Source of the DNA: Gammaproteobacteria bacterium
GTDB taxonomy: Bacteria; Pseudomonadota; Gammaproteobacteria; Steroidobacterales; Rariloculaceae
Reading direction: 5' to 3'
Assembly: GCA_039933105.1 (NCBI GenBank)
Contig: JBDTOT010000019.1
Location: 14,524-78,523 of the forward strand
Length of the DNA stretch: 64,000 nt
The notes under the pieces were generated by a model. It saw only the letters and a program-made list of their open reading frames with translations, was not told the DNA's origin and made no database searches. Shown here piece after piece: positions 1 to 9,767 of the stretch. The translations under genes were made by a program, and so were the position numbers. The stretch's first letter is position 1, and the number at the start of each line of letters is the position of its first letter.

Positions 1-2
1 TC

Positions 3-380
3 GTGCAGGCGGGCCTGTCGTTGACGGCCGCGGGCCTCGTCCTGCTTGCCCTCGTGCCCCTCGACCTCGTGAGCTTCTACGGTTCGGGCGCCGTCATCGG
101 ATTTGGCCTCTCGGCGTTGCTTGGCGCGCCGCTGCGCTACATCACTTTGCAGGAAGCGGGCGATGAGCGGCGCGGCGCGGGGCAGGGCCTGCTGACGTTG
201 TGCGTGAGCATCGGCCAGCTGATCGGGTCGGCCTTGATCGGTGGCGCCGTCGGCTCGGCAACGGACGCACTTGGTGGTTACCGCCACGCGTTGCTCGCCG
301 TCAGCGTCGTCTGTGTGTTCGCGTTGCTGCTGAGCCTCGCGCTGCGCGGTAGAGTGCGCTACCGGCAAGCCGCCGGGTGA
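3..380 (+). CDS. C-terminal fragment of a multi-pass membrane transporter (MFS-like); 5' end outside window
   Basis: ORF runs from the window edge. The product is almost entirely hydrophobic helices (LVLLALVPLDLVSFYGSGAVIGFGLSALLGAPL, LLAVSVVCVFALLLSLAL). Family assignment rests on composition only. Confidence 0.45.
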   Translation: MQAGLSLTAAGLVLLALVPLDLVSFYGSGAVIGFGLSALLGAPLRYITLQEAGDERRGAGQGLLTLCVSIGQLIGSALIGGAVGSATDALGGYRHALLAVSVVCVFALLLSLALRGRVRYRQAAG

Positions 381-422
381 CCGCGGCGTTTGTTAGGGCT
401 TCAGCCCTCGGAGCCAGATTTC

Positions 423-1094
423 ATGCGTGACTGCTGGATAGCCCCGTCGATTCTGTCGGCTAACTTCGCAAAGCTAGGCGAAGAGGTAGACGCCGTCGTA
501 GCGGCGGGCGCCGATCTGATTCACTTCGACGTCATGGACAACCACTACGTGCCGAACCTCACGATCGGCCCGCTGGTATGCGAGGCGCTTCGCAAGCACG
601 GGGTGAAGGCGCAGATAGACGTGCACCTGATGGTGAAGCCTGTCGACCGCATCATCCCCGATTTCGCCGCCGCCGGGGCGTCGTACATCAGCATCCATCC
701 GGAGGCGACCGAGCATGTCCATCGCTCGCTGCAGCTGATTCGCGAGCACGGGTGCCGCAGCGGGCTCGTTCTGAATCCGGCGACGCCGCTCACCTGGCTC
801 GATCATGTTCTCGACAAGGTCGATCTCGTGCTGTTGATGTCGGTGAACCCGGGCTTCGGGGGGCAGCAGTTCATCGACACCACGTTGCCGAAGATCCGCG
901 CGGTACGCGAGCGTATCGACCGAACGGGCCGTCCCATCCGTCTCGAGGTCGATGGCGGCATCAAGATCGAAAACATCGGCAAGGTCGCGGCGGCGGGCGC
1001 CGACACGTTTGTGGCGGGCTCCGCGATTTTCGGCGCGGGTGACTACCGTGGGACGATCGCCGCGATGCGTCGCGAGATTGCTGCGGCCGGTTGA
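423..1094 (+). CDS. rpe: ribulose-phosphate 3-epimerase
   Basis: Motifs [53 protein letters not shown] at 423 is preferred over the in-frame upstream start at 390 because homologues begin just before the IAPSIL segment. Confidence 0.93.
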   Translation: MRDCWIAPSILSANFAKLGEEVDAVVAAGADLIHFDVMDNHYVPNLTIGPLVCEALRKHGVKAQIDVHLMVKPVDRIIPDFAAAGASYISIHPEATEHVHRSLQLIREHGCRSGLVLNPATPLTWLDHVLDKVDLVLLMSVNPGFGGQQFIDTTLPKIRAVRERIDRTGRPIRLEVDGGIKIENIGKVAAAGADTFVAGSAIFGAGDYRGTIAAMRREIAAAG

Positions 1095-1212
1095 GCCGCG
1101 CCCGTGTCTGCGAACCCTCTCCACTCGCTTCCGCGAGCCGTTCTGCTATGCTCGCGGCCGCCGAAAACCGCAGTGTTACTCGGCTATTGCGCTGAACCTC
1201 TAGAGGCCCTTC

Positions 1213-3690
1213 ATGACCTGGACTGTGCACAAGTTTGGCGGCACCAGCGTCGCCGACGCGAGTTGTATTCGCCGTGTAGCCGACATCATCGGCGGTCAAG
1301 AAACCGGCAATCTCGGCGTAGTCGTGTCGGCTATGAAAGGGGTGACGGACGATCTGCTCGGCCTCCTCGAGAAGGCCGCTCGCCGCGAGCCCACCGAGCC
1401 GACGTTGAAAGCGCTCCGCGCGCGCCACGAGAAGGCCTGCGTCGAGTTGCTCGGCGCCGCCAGTGCGAAGCGTGTGCTGGCCGAGTTCGATGCGGAGCTG
1501 GCCGACATCGAAAGCATATTGAAGGCCGTGTCGCTAGTCCGATCGGCGTCGGATCGCAGCCGCGATCTCGTCGCCGGTTTCGGCGAGATATGGTCAGCGC
1601 GACAGATCGCGGCGTTCTTCAAGCAGCAGTTCAAGAAGCGTGACGTCATGTTCATGAACGCGCGCGACGTGCTCGTGATCGAGCAGAGCGAGATGGGCCC
1701 CGTCGTGGCCTGGGACCTGTCTCGGCCGAAGCTCGCTGCTGTGATACCCGCCAGCTTCCGCGGCGTCGTCGTCATCACGGGTTTCGTGGCTTCGGATCGC
1801 GAAGGTTTGCCGACTACGCTCGGCCGCAACGGCAGCGACTACTCGGGCTCGATCTTCGGTGCGTTGCTCGACGCGACCGAAGTGCACATCTGGACCGATG
1901 TCGACGGTGTCATGAGCGGCGATCCGCGCCGCGTGCCGGATGCGAAGATCATCGACGAGATGTCGTACAGCGAAGCCATGGAGCTCGCGTACTTCGGCGC
2001 GAAAGTTATTCATCCGCAGACGATGGCTCCGGCCGTCGGCCGCGGCATTCCGATCTGGATCCGCAATACCTTCAACCCGACGCATCCCGGCACGAAGATC
2101 TCCGCGACGTCCGGGCACCGTGGTGCGGCAGTCAAGGGCATCAGCGGCGTCGACGGCGTGGCGCTCGTGAACCTCGAAGGCGCAGGCATGATCGGCGTGC
2201 CGGGCACGGCCGACCGCCTATTCGGTGCCCTGCGCGAGTCGGGCGTGTCCGTCATGCTGATTTCGCAGGGGAGCTCCGAGCACTCGATCTGTTTTGCAGT
2301 GCGCGACGACGTCGCAGAGAACGTGCGCAAGGTGGTCGAGCGTGCGTTCGCAGTGGAATTGAACGAAGGGCAGGTGCAGCGCGTGGGCATCACGCGGGAC
2401 TGCGCCATCGTCGCCGTGGTCGGTGACGACATGGCCGGCATGCCAGGCAGCGCAGGGCGATTCTTTGGCACGTTGGGGCAGGCGGGTATCAACGTGCGCG
2501 CAATCGCGCAGGGCTCGTCCGAGCGCAACATCTCGGCCGTCATCGGCGCGAAGGACATGACGCGCGCGATACGTGCGGTGCACAGCAGTTTCTACCTGTC
2601 CGCCAAGACGGTATCGATCGGGGTGCTCGGGCCCGGCCTCGTGGGCGGCACGCTGTTGGATCAGATTGCGACTGCGTTGCCGCAGCTGCGCGAGAGGTTC
2701 AACCTCGATCTGCGCGTGCGCGCGATTGGCGCGAGCAACAAAATGCTGCTCGACGAGCAGCGCATCGATCTGAAGCAGTGGCGCGAGACGCTGAAGAAGG
2801 GTGTCGCAATGGATACCGACAGGCTCGTCGACCACCTGCAGACAGATTACCTGCCGCACTCGGTGTTGATCGACTGCAGTGCAAGCCAGGCGGTAGCGGA
2901 TCGCTACGCCGAGTGGTTGAAGCGCGGCATTCACGTGATTACGCCGAATAAGCGCGCGCACAGTGGCCCGATCGCGTATTACCAGGAGCTGAAGCGCCTG
3001 AGCAGCGGCTCGCGCACGCATTTCCTGTACGAAGCGACCGTGGGTGCGGGCTTACCCGTTGTTCAGACGCTAAAGGACCTGGTCGAGACCGGCGATGAGA
3101 TCCGAAGCATCAGCGGCATCTTCTCGGGAACCCTCGCCTACCTGTTCAACGTATTCGACGGCACGAAGTCGTTCTCGAACATCGTGCGCGAAGCCAAGTC
3201 GCGCGGTTACACCGAGCCGGACCCGCGCGACGACCTTTCGGGCACGGACGTGGCGCGAAAAGCCGTGATCCTGGCGCGCGAAGCCGGGCTCGTGCTCGAG
3301 CTCGCAGACATCGCCGTCGAGAGCCTCGTTCCAGCCGCGCTCGCCAAAGCGTCGGTCGACGAGTTCATGAAACGCCTGCCGGATTTCGACGCGCCGATGG
3401 CCGCGCGCGTCGCGACCGCGAAAAAGCAGGGCAAGGTCCTGCGCTACGTCGCGACCATCGACGTGGGCGCCAAGACTGCGAAGGTGGGGCTCGAGGCGTT
3501 CGCGCCCGTGCATCCATTCGCGAACATCAGCCTCACGGACAACATCGTCCAGTTCGTCACCGGGCGTTACTGCGACAATCCGCTTATCGTCCGAGGGCCC
3601 GGCGCCGGGCCGGCGGTCACGGCGGGCGGTATCTTCGCCGACTTGCTGCGTCTCTGTAGCATGCTGAGCGGCAACCAGGACGGAGGATAA
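1213..3690 (+). CDS. thrA: bifunctional aspartokinase / homoserine dehydrogenase
   Basis: 825-aa product. N-terminal aspartokinase ([18 protein letters not shown]), central ACT-like regions, C-terminal homoserine dehydrogenase ([40 protein letters not shown]). thrC follows directly. Confidence 0.95.
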   Translation: MTWTVHKFGGTSVADASCIRRVADIIGGQETGNLGVVVSAMKGVTDDLLGLLEKAARREPTEPTLKALRARHEKACVELLGAASAKRVLAEFDAELADIESILKAVSLVRSASDRSRDLVAGFGEIWSARQIAAFFKQQFKKRDVMFMNARDVLVIEQSEMGPVVAWDLSRPKLAAVIPASFRGVVVITGFVASDREGLPTTLGRNGSDYSGSIFGALLDATEVHIWTDVDGVMSGDPRRVPDAKIIDEMSYSEAMELAYFGAKVIHPQTMAPAVGRGIPIWIRNTFNPTHPGTKISATSGHRGAAVKGISGVDGVALVNLEGAGMIGVPGTADRLFGALRESGVSVMLISQGSSEHSICFAVRDDVAENVRKVVERAFAVELNEGQVQRVGITRDCAIVAVVGDDMAGMPGSAGRFFGTLGQAGINVRAIAQGSSERNISAVIGAKDMTRAIRAVHSSFYLSAKTVSIGVLGPGLVGGTLLDQIATALPQLRERFNLDLRVRAIGASNKMLLDEQRIDLKQWRETLKKGVAMDTDRLVDHLQTDYLPHSVLIDCSASQAVADRYAEWLKRGIHVITPNKRAHSGPIAYYQELKRLSSGSRTHFLYEATVGAGLPVVQTLKDLVETGDEIRSISGIFSGTLAYLFNVFDGTKSFSNIVREAKSRGYTEPDPRDDLSGTDVARKAVILAREAGLVLELADIAVESLVPAALAKASVDEFMKRLPDFDAPMAARVATAKKQGKVLRYVATIDVGAKTAKVGLEAFAPVHPFANISLTDNIVQFVTGRYCDNPLIVRGPGAGPAVTAGGIFADLLRLCSMLSGNQDGG

Positions 3691-3700
3691 GGGCGGCACT

Positions 3701-5008
3701 GTGCGGTACTTAAGCACCCGCGGCGGCGAAGAGACCCATCTTGTCGAGGCCGTCATGCGTGGCCTCGCAACTGACGGCGGCCTGTTCGTGCCCGACGAGC
3801 TGCCTCGCTTCACGCCCAACGACTTTCGCGGCACTACGCTGGCCGAGATTTCGGCGGAGCTTCTGGCGCCGTTCTTCGAAGGCTCCGGTCTAGAGGGGCA
3901 GCTCGGCGCGATTTGTCGCGACGCGTTCGATTTTCCCGTGCCGCTCGAACGGCTGATCGAAGCCAACGGCGAGCTCTCGGTGCTCGAGCTGTTTCACGGC
4001 CCGACGGCGGCGTTCAAAGATATCGGCGCGCGCTTTCTCGCGGCCTTCATGGAACGTGCGTTACCGCGATTCTCGGATCAACGCCCGTTGACGATTCTCG
4101 TGGCGACTTCGGGCGACACGGGCGGCGCCGTCGCGGCAGCGTTTTATAAACGACGCGGGATTCGTGTCGGGGTGCTGTTTCCAAAGGGACAAGTCTCGCC
4201 GCGTCAGCAGCACCAGCTGACCTGCTGGGGCGACAACATTCGCGCGTTCGAAGTCGAAGGGTCGTTCGACGATTGTCAGGCGCTGGTGAAGGCCGCGTTC
4301 ACCGACGCGACGCTTCAGCAACGACTGAGGTTTTCGGCCGCGAACAGCATCAACATCGGCAGGTTGCTCCCGCAGGCGGCCTATCACGCCGCCGCAAGCC
4401 TCTGGCATTGGCGCAAGCACGGCACGGTCGCGAACTCGATCGTGCCGACGGGCAACCTCGGCAACGGCATGGCGTGCGTGTGGGCGCGTGCGATGGGCCT
4501 GCCGATCGGCGATGTGGTGTTCGCCGTGAACGCGAACCGCACGATCCCAGACTTTCTCTCGACGGGCCAATGGCAGCCGCGGCCGAGCACGCCCACGTTG
4601 GCGTCGGCCATGGACGTTGGCAACCCGAGCAACATGGAGCGGCTGCGCAACCTCGTACCGGACTTCGCCGAGCTGCGTGGTACTGTCGAGGCATACCCCG
4701 TCGATGACGAAGCCATTCGCGTTCAGATCGCAAAAGACTACGCGCGCTTCGGCCAGATCTGGTGCCCGCATACTGCGACCGGCTTTTGGGTCTATGACCA
4801 CTTGCCGGCGTCGCGCCGCGTGGGCCGACCCTGGATCGTTTGCGCGACCGCGCACCCCGCGAAGTTCGAGACGATCGTCGAGCCTGTGATCGGGCGCACC
4901 GTACCTGTGCCCTCGGCGCTGGCGGAGATCCTGCAACGTCCGACGGCCAGCACGCCGTTAGCTCCGCAGCTGCAACGCTTTGCAGCTGTGCTGGAAGGCT
5001 GGACGTGA
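3701..5008 (+). CDS. thrC: threonine synthase
   Basis: Starts MRYLSTRGG. PLP-lysine motif FHGPTAAFKDIGARF and ATSGDTGGA are present. GTG start 10 nt after the thrA stop. Confidence 0.94.
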   Translation: MRYLSTRGGEETHLVEAVMRGLATDGGLFVPDELPRFTPNDFRGTTLAEISAELLAPFFEGSGLEGQLGAICRDAFDFPVPLERLIEANGELSVLELFHGPTAAFKDIGARFLAAFMERALPRFSDQRPLTILVATSGDTGGAVAAAFYKRRGIRVGVLFPKGQVSPRQQHQLTCWGDNIRAFEVEGSFDDCQALVKAAFTDATLQQRLRFSAANSINIGRLLPQAAYHAAASLWHWRKHGTVANSIVPTGNLGNGMACVWARAMGLPIGDVVFAVNANRTIPDFLSTGQWQPRPSTPTLASAMDVGNPSNMERLRNLVPDFAELRGTVEAYPVDDEAIRVQIAKDYARFGQIWCPHTATGFWVYDHLPASRRVGRPWIVCATAHPAKFETIVEPVIGRTVPVPSALAEILQRPTASTPLAPQLQRFAAVLEGWT

Positions 5009-5589
5009 TGCCTGAATACACGGTTCTGATTGGTGGCGTGCTCGTGCTGGTGGTCGTAGGCGCCGTCGCCTGGCGATTTTGGCTGCGGCGCGGCCCCCTC
5101 ACGATGGCGCAAGTGCTCGCATCCGTGGCCATCGATCGCGTGCAGGATGTTCTGCTCCCGGATGGCATGGGTGGACAGATCCAGATCGAGCATCTGCTGC
5201 TGACCGGCAACGGATTGCTCGTGATCGACAGCAAAGCCTTCGAAGGTACGATCTTCGCGAGCGAGCGTATGGCCGAGTGGACGGTGATTGGCAAGCAAGG
5301 CCGATTCACGTTCCCGAATCCGCTTGGCACGTTGTACGATCGCGTTGCCGCACTGAAGCAGCTCGTGCGCGACGTGCCAGTGACCGGCCTCGTGCTGTTC
5401 GGCGAGCGCGCAGACTTCAGCAAAGGCCGGCCGCGCGACGTGCTGGCGCCTGCCGAGCTCATGGAGCGCTATGCGCGCCCCGACAAGGCCGATCTCGAGC
5501 AACTGCTCGTAGCCTTCGCGCCGCACTGGGAGCGTGTGAAAGGCGCCACCGAGCCAGCCCCGGGCGGCGCCGCGCGAATAGCGCTTTAG
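5008..5589 (+). CDS. NERD domain-containing membrane-anchored protein
   Basis: The ATG overlaps the thrC stop (GTGATG). One N-terminal TM helix (VLIGGVLVLVVVGAVAW) precedes a NERD-like core (IDRVQDVLLPDGMGGQIQIEHLLLTGNGLLVIDSKAFEGTIF). Confidence 0.7.
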   Translation: MPEYTVLIGGVLVLVVVGAVAWRFWLRRGPLTMAQVLASVAIDRVQDVLLPDGMGGQIQIEHLLLTGNGLLVIDSKAFEGTIFASERMAEWTVIGKQGRFTFPNPLGTLYDRVAALKQLVRDVPVTGLVLFGERADFSKGRPRDVLAPAELMERYARPDKADLEQLLVAFAPHWERVKGATEPAPGGAARIAL

Positions 5590-6377
5590 CCCAGCTGGAA
5601 GAGACGCTCGGCGTTTGCCGTCGTCGCAGCCGCCACCTCGTCCACGGGTCGATTCATTCCCGCGGCCACACGCTCGAGAATATGTGCAAGGAACATGGGC
5701 TCGTTGCGCCGGCCGCGTGGCTGAGGCACGAGGTCGCGCGGCACGAGATAGGGCGCGTCGGTTTCGATCAACAATCGCTCGAGGGGTATGTGCGGCAGCG
5801 CTTCGCGTAGTTTCGCGCCGCGGCGTTCGTCGCACACCCAGCCCGTCACGCCGATGTGCAAATCGAGATCGAGATACGCGGCTAGCTCCTCAGGCCCCTC
5901 CGTGAAGCAGTGCGCTACGCCGCCCGCGAGCTGCGCGCGCCGTGGGGCGAGTATCTCTAGGAATTCTGCATGTGCGTCGCGCTGGTGCAGGAACACGGGC
6001 TTGCCGGTCTCCGCGGCCAGATCGAGCTGCGCCGCGAAAGCGTGCCGCTGAGCGGAGCGGGACGAAAAGTCGCGAAAGAAATCGAGGCCGCATTCGCCGA
6101 CGGCGACGACGGCTGCGCTCGACAGCAGTGAGCGCAACGCGCCGCTCGTGTGCGCATCGAACTCGGCTGCATGATGCGGATGCACGCCTGCCGTGGCGAA
6201 CAGCACGCCGGGATGCGCGGCGCAGAGCTCGGTGGCCTGCACGCTGCTGGTGATCGACGTGCCGGTCACGATCAATCGCCCGACCCCCGCGGTTGTCGCG
6301 CGCTCGAGCACCGCCGCGCGATCCGCGTCGAAACTGTCGTGCGTCAAATTGGCGCCAATGTCTATTAGGGCATGCAT
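5586..6377 (-). CDS. TatD-family metal-dependent hydrolase/DNase
   Basis: Motifs LIDIGANLTHDSF, ATAGVHPHHA, AVGECGLDF, PVFLHQRDA, LLIETDAPYL. The internal ATG at 6377 (MHALIDIG) matches the usual family N-terminus better than the ORF start at 6416. Confidence 0.88.
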   Translation of the reverse strand: MHALIDIGANLTHDSFDADRAAVLERATTAGVGRLIVTGTSITSSVQATELCAAHPGVLFATAGVHPHHAAEFDAHTSGALRSLLSSAAVVAVGECGLDFFRDFSSRSAQRHAFAAQLDLAAETGKPVFLHQRDAHAEFLEILAPRRAQLAGGVAHCFTEGPEELAAYLDLDLHIGVTGWVCDERRGAKLREALPHIPLERLLIETDAPYLVPRDLVPQPRGRRNEPMFLAHILERVAAGMNRPVDEVAAATTANAERLFQLG

Positions 6378-6440
6378 TTCCGCGCGGATTGTGACGAGCC
6401 GCGAGGAGCACGGCAACGCCCCGCGCTAAGCTATGGGGCC

Positions 6441-7145
6441 ATGCGTTTGACAGAACTCATTGCAGCGTGCGTGTGTTGCTTCGCCGTTACTACCGCGGCG
6501 CGAGCGGCATCGCCTGCGGAGATCGCCGATCTCGCGGCTCGCATCGACTACGGGTTCTACAACGACGACGCGCCCGCGATCGACGCTGCGCGCACTGCGC
6601 TCGCCCGACTCGGGGATGCGCCGGCCGTGCGCTACTACCGCGACTATGCGGGCCTGCGACGCGCGCAGTTGAACCCTGCAGATCGGGCGTCGGCGCGCGA
6701 GTGCGCTGAGCGTACCGTCCCGGCCGATCTGTCACCGCCCGTGGCCGCCGAAGCCTGGATTCTTGTCGCGGCATGCGCGGTCGTCGGCCAGCAGTCCGTC
6801 CGTCGCGTCGAACTGGCTCTGTCGAGGGCCCGCGATCTCGACAAACGCAACCCGCGGCTCGGGCTCGTCGAAGCTTGGATAATGCGTCACGGCACCAGCG
6901 GCGACGCACTCGCGAACGCAGACCTCGCGATGAAGCTGCAGCAGACAATCGACGCGTTCGACGCCTGGCATGCGCCGGCGAATTCGCCCGAGTGGGGTCA
7001 GGCTGAGGCGCTCGCGGCACTTGCCGAGGCAACGCTGGCGCGCGGTGAGCCACGGGCTGCACGCGATCTGATCGAGCGCGCGCTGCTGCTGGTGCCCGAT
7101 TACCGCGTGGCTGTCGAGTTACGTGCGCGGCTGCGCCGCAACTAG
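6441..7145 (+). CDS. exported hypothetical protein (helical, TPR-like composition)
   Basis: Signal-peptide-like N-terminus MRLTELIAACVCCFAVTTAARAASP starting at ATG 6441. Ala/Leu/Arg-rich helical sequence. No family recognised. Confidence 0.55.
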   Translation: MRLTELIAACVCCFAVTTAARAASPAEIADLAARIDYGFYNDDAPAIDAARTALARLGDAPAVRYYRDYAGLRRAQLNPADRASARECAERTVPADLSPPVAAEAWILVAACAVVGQQSVRRVELALSRARDLDKRNPRLGLVEAWIMRHGTSGDALANADLAMKLQQTIDAFDAWHAPANSPEWGQAEALAALAEATLARGEPRAARDLIERALLLVPDYRVAVELRARLRRN

Positions 7146-7209
7146 CCCCAGTTGCGTTCCTGCCGTCGCTGAGGTTCGATAAGCACCGAGTCGACTCGTC
7201 GAACGGTGC

Positions 7210-7974
7210 ATGGCGGAACAGCTCGGTCTTTTCGATACGCGATGGTTACAGCCGGCGGACGCCGCGGCGCCGCCCCTATGCGTTCGCGAGAGTCGTCGCG
7301 CCCGGCGGCTGACCTTGCGGGTGCTACCGCCGCACACCCTTGAACTCGTGGTGCCGCGAGGCGCGCGCGCCGCCGATGTCGCCGCGTTCGTGCACCGTCA
7401 TCGAAGCTGGATCGAGCGCGCACGGAGGGAGATCGCCGCGCACTACTCGCCGGCCCAAGAGCGGCTACCTGCACGTATTGCGCTGCGGGCGATCGATCAG
7501 AGCTGGCTGGTGCGCTATGAGTGCCGACCGCAGGAGCCGCCGCGCGTGCGTGTGCTCGGCGACGTGCTCGAAGTGCAGACGCGCGAAGCGAGCAATCGTG
7601 GAGCCGACGCCGCGTTGCGCTCGTGGCTCTGCGACCAGGCGAGCTATCACCTGACGCCTTGGGCGTTACACGAGGCCGCGCTCGTGGGGCGCCTGCCGAG
7701 TCGCGTGCAGGTTCGTCTGCAGCGGACGCGCTGGGGCAGCTGCTCGAGCTCCGGCACGCTGAGCCTGAACGCTGCGTTGATGTTTTTGGCGCCGCCCGTC
7801 GTGCGATATCTCCTCATCCACGAGCTGTGTCACTTGATTTCGCTGAACCATTCCCGCCGGTTCTGGGCGGCGGTGGAGCGCTACGAGCCGAACTACGAAG
7901 CGCTTGACCGTCAGCTCACGGAGGCGTGGGCCGACATCCCGCTCTGGGCGCATCCGGACGCGAGGCGAGGGTAG
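7210..7974 (+). CDS. YgjP-like (DUF45, M48/SprT-like) metal-dependent hydrolase
   Basis: C-terminal WGSCSSSGTLSLNAALMFLAPPVVRYLLIHELCHL (HExxH) followed by HSRRFW, which is typical of the DUF45/YgjP family. Confidence 0.8.
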   Translation: MAEQLGLFDTRWLQPADAAAPPLCVRESRRARRLTLRVLPPHTLELVVPRGARAADVAAFVHRHRSWIERARREIAAHYSPAQERLPARIALRAIDQSWLVRYECRPQEPPRVRVLGDVLEVQTREASNRGADAALRSWLCDQASYHLTPWALHEAALVGRLPSRVQVRLQRTRWGSCSSSGTLSLNAALMFLAPPVVRYLLIHELCHLISLNHSRRFWAAVERYEPNYEALDRQLTEAWADIPLWAHPDARRG

Positions 7975-7975
7975 C

Positions 7976-9007
7976 GTGGCGGCCGTTCGATTCAGTGCGC
8001 TCGCGAACTCGACCGTGATCGTTGCGGCTGTGGTCTATGCGATCTTCCTGCGGCTTGCGAGCGGCGCGAGCCTGGCCGGTCTTCTGCTGGGCATCATGGT
8101 GATGCTATCGCTGCTGCGGTATGGCTATGCCGTTCTGCGGCACGTCGCGAGTGGCTGGGAGAACTTCCCGCCGCCCGATATCGAGTCGTTCATGCTCGTC
8201 GGTGGCCTCGGCGCAATCCTCCATCCGGCTTTGTTTGGGACCTCCCTGTATTTCCTCACGACGACGCCGCTCGTCGAAGGACCGCTGCGATGGGCGCTGC
8301 TCGTCGTCGTGCTCGCGACGTTCCCCGCGTCGGCGGCGATCATGGCCATGACACGGAACATCGCGGCGGCAATGAACCCGGCGGCGCTAGCCGGCTTCGT
8401 GCGCGACATGGGTAGCGACTATGTCAAGCTGCTTTGCGTCAGTGCTCTGCTAGGTGCGTTCCTCACCCTCATGGGCGCGCTGGCCGAGAGGTCTTGGTTG
8501 CTCGGCCTGTTCGTCTCGATACTGGCCGTGTGGACCGTGCTCGCGCTATTTCTGGCCACAGGCGCCACGCTGCGTGCGCATCGCGACGACTTCGCGTTGC
8601 TCGAGGCACTCGATGACAAAGACGTTCGCGAGACCAGGCGCAAGCACGCGGACTGGCAGAAGGTTCTCGATATCGCGTATGCCTCGGTGCGCAGTGGGCT
8701 CGCGGCGCAGGCCTACCGCACGATCAAGGATTTGATTGCGCAGGAAGGCAATAGCCTCGACGTCTATCAGTGGACCTTCAATGGAATGCTCGAGTGGGAC
8801 CCGCCGGAGTACGCCGCGATGCTCGGCGAGCGCTTCGCCCAGCGGTTGTGGGAAGAAGGGCGTCAAGTCGATGCGCTCGAGCTCGTGCAGCGCTGCCGCA
8901 AGCTATCGCCGAAATTCGAGTTGCCCGCGGCGTTCAGGACGCAGCTCGCGGAGTACGCACGCGAGATCGGCCGTCATCGCTTTGCGGACGACCTCAGCGG
9001 GAGTTGA
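7976..9007 (+). CDS. hypothetical polytopic membrane protein with soluble helical C-terminal domain
   Basis: In-frame GTG at 7976, 2 nt after the upstream stop. Five or six hydrophobic segments are followed by a charged helical tail. The start is uncertain (ORF is open from 7904). Confidence 0.55.
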   Translation: MAAVRFSALANSTVIVAAVVYAIFLRLASGASLAGLLLGIMVMLSLLRYGYAVLRHVASGWENFPPPDIESFMLVGGLGAILHPALFGTSLYFLTTTPLVEGPLRWALLVVVLATFPASAAIMAMTRNIAAAMNPAALAGFVRDMGSDYVKLLCVSALLGAFLTLMGALAERSWLLGLFVSILAVWTVLALFLATGATLRAHRDDFALLEALDDKDVRETRRKHADWQKVLDIAYASVRSGLAAQAYRTIKDLIAQEGNSLDVYQWTFNGMLEWDPPEYAAMLGERFAQRLWEEGRQVDALELVQRCRKLSPKFELPAAFRTQLAEYAREIGRHRFADDLSGS

Positions 9008-9021
9008 GGGCGGCTCGTGGC

Positions 9022-9438
9022 CTACAAAACGCGTGCGAACTCGCGTGCGGCCGACGGCCACTCCGGCGCGTTCGCGAACGCGTCCGGCACCTCCTCGAGG
9101 GTGCCCGGCCCGCCTGGCAGTGTCACGAGGCCGTGGCTCTCGGAGAGCATCATGCGGTTGCGGGTTCGCATGTCCTCGACTACGCGCAGCTCAGTGAGAT
9201 TTTTGTGCGCCCACTCGAGCTCCATCATGAACCGCGGCATCACGCCGGTGATGGTGCCGTCGGCCGCGACCACGCCGTCGGCAAGCGCGCCCATCGAACC
9301 GGTGGCGCCCCCGCCGTAGATCACGGCGTAACCGCGCGCAGTCAAAATTCCGCCAAGCCGCTGGGCTGCGTCGCGGTACACGGCATCGCTGGCGTCGCTC
9401 GACGCGCAATAGACGCAGATGTTTCTTGGGCCAGTCAT
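9022..9438 (-). CDS. LOG-family (TIGR00730-like) Rossmann-fold nucleotide-binding protein, unusually short
   Basis: MTGPRNICVYCASS, YGGGATGSMGALADG and LPGGPGTLEE motifs. Only the last 138 codons of the 397-codon ORF 9022..10215 look like protein; the rest is antisense to real genes. Confidence 0.75.
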   Translation of the reverse strand: MTGPRNICVYCASSDASDAVYRDAAQRLGGILTARGYAVIYGGGATGSMGALADGVVAADGTITGVMPRFMMELEWAHKNLTELRVVEDMRTRNRMMLSESHGLVTLPGGPGTLEEVPDAFANAPEWPSAAREFARVL

Positions 9439-9473
9439 GCTGGGAAGAATGAGTAGATCGCGCGCCTCGATAC

Positions 9474-9764
9474 TCAGCCAGGCGTCGAGGCTGCGTGGTA
9501 TAGCGTCCACGCGCCAACGATGACGAACCCGACTCCTGCTACATAGGACAGATACTTCGGGTTCACGTGATGCGCCACGAGAGACCCGGCGGCAACGCCA
9601 ATCGCCGAGGCCAACACGAGTGCGACCGCAGCGCCGGCGAAGACCGTCCACAGGCTCACGTTGTCCTTCGAGGCGAACAGCATCGTCGCCAGCTGCGTCT
9701 TGTCGCCGAGCTCGGCCAAAAACACGGTACCGAAGACCGTTGCGAATACTTTCCAATCCATCAA
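9474..9764 (-). CDS. UPF0016 (GDT1/TMEM165) family single-repeat membrane protein
   Basis: 96 aa with three hydrophobic segments and the family signature ELGDKTQ near the N-terminus. Confidence 0.85.
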   Translation of the reverse strand: MMDWKVFATVFGTVFLAELGDKTQLATMLFASKDNVSLWTVFAGAAVALVLASAIGVAAGSLVAHHVNPKYLSYVAGVGFVIVGAWTLYHAASTPG

Positions 9765-9767
9765 CGC

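Noticed and set aside
1095-1212. Looked for a Thr/Ile-rich leader peptide attenuator upstream of thrA.
   Set aside because: No short ORF with consecutive Thr/Ile codons and no terminator/antiterminator pair is visible in the 118-bp gap.
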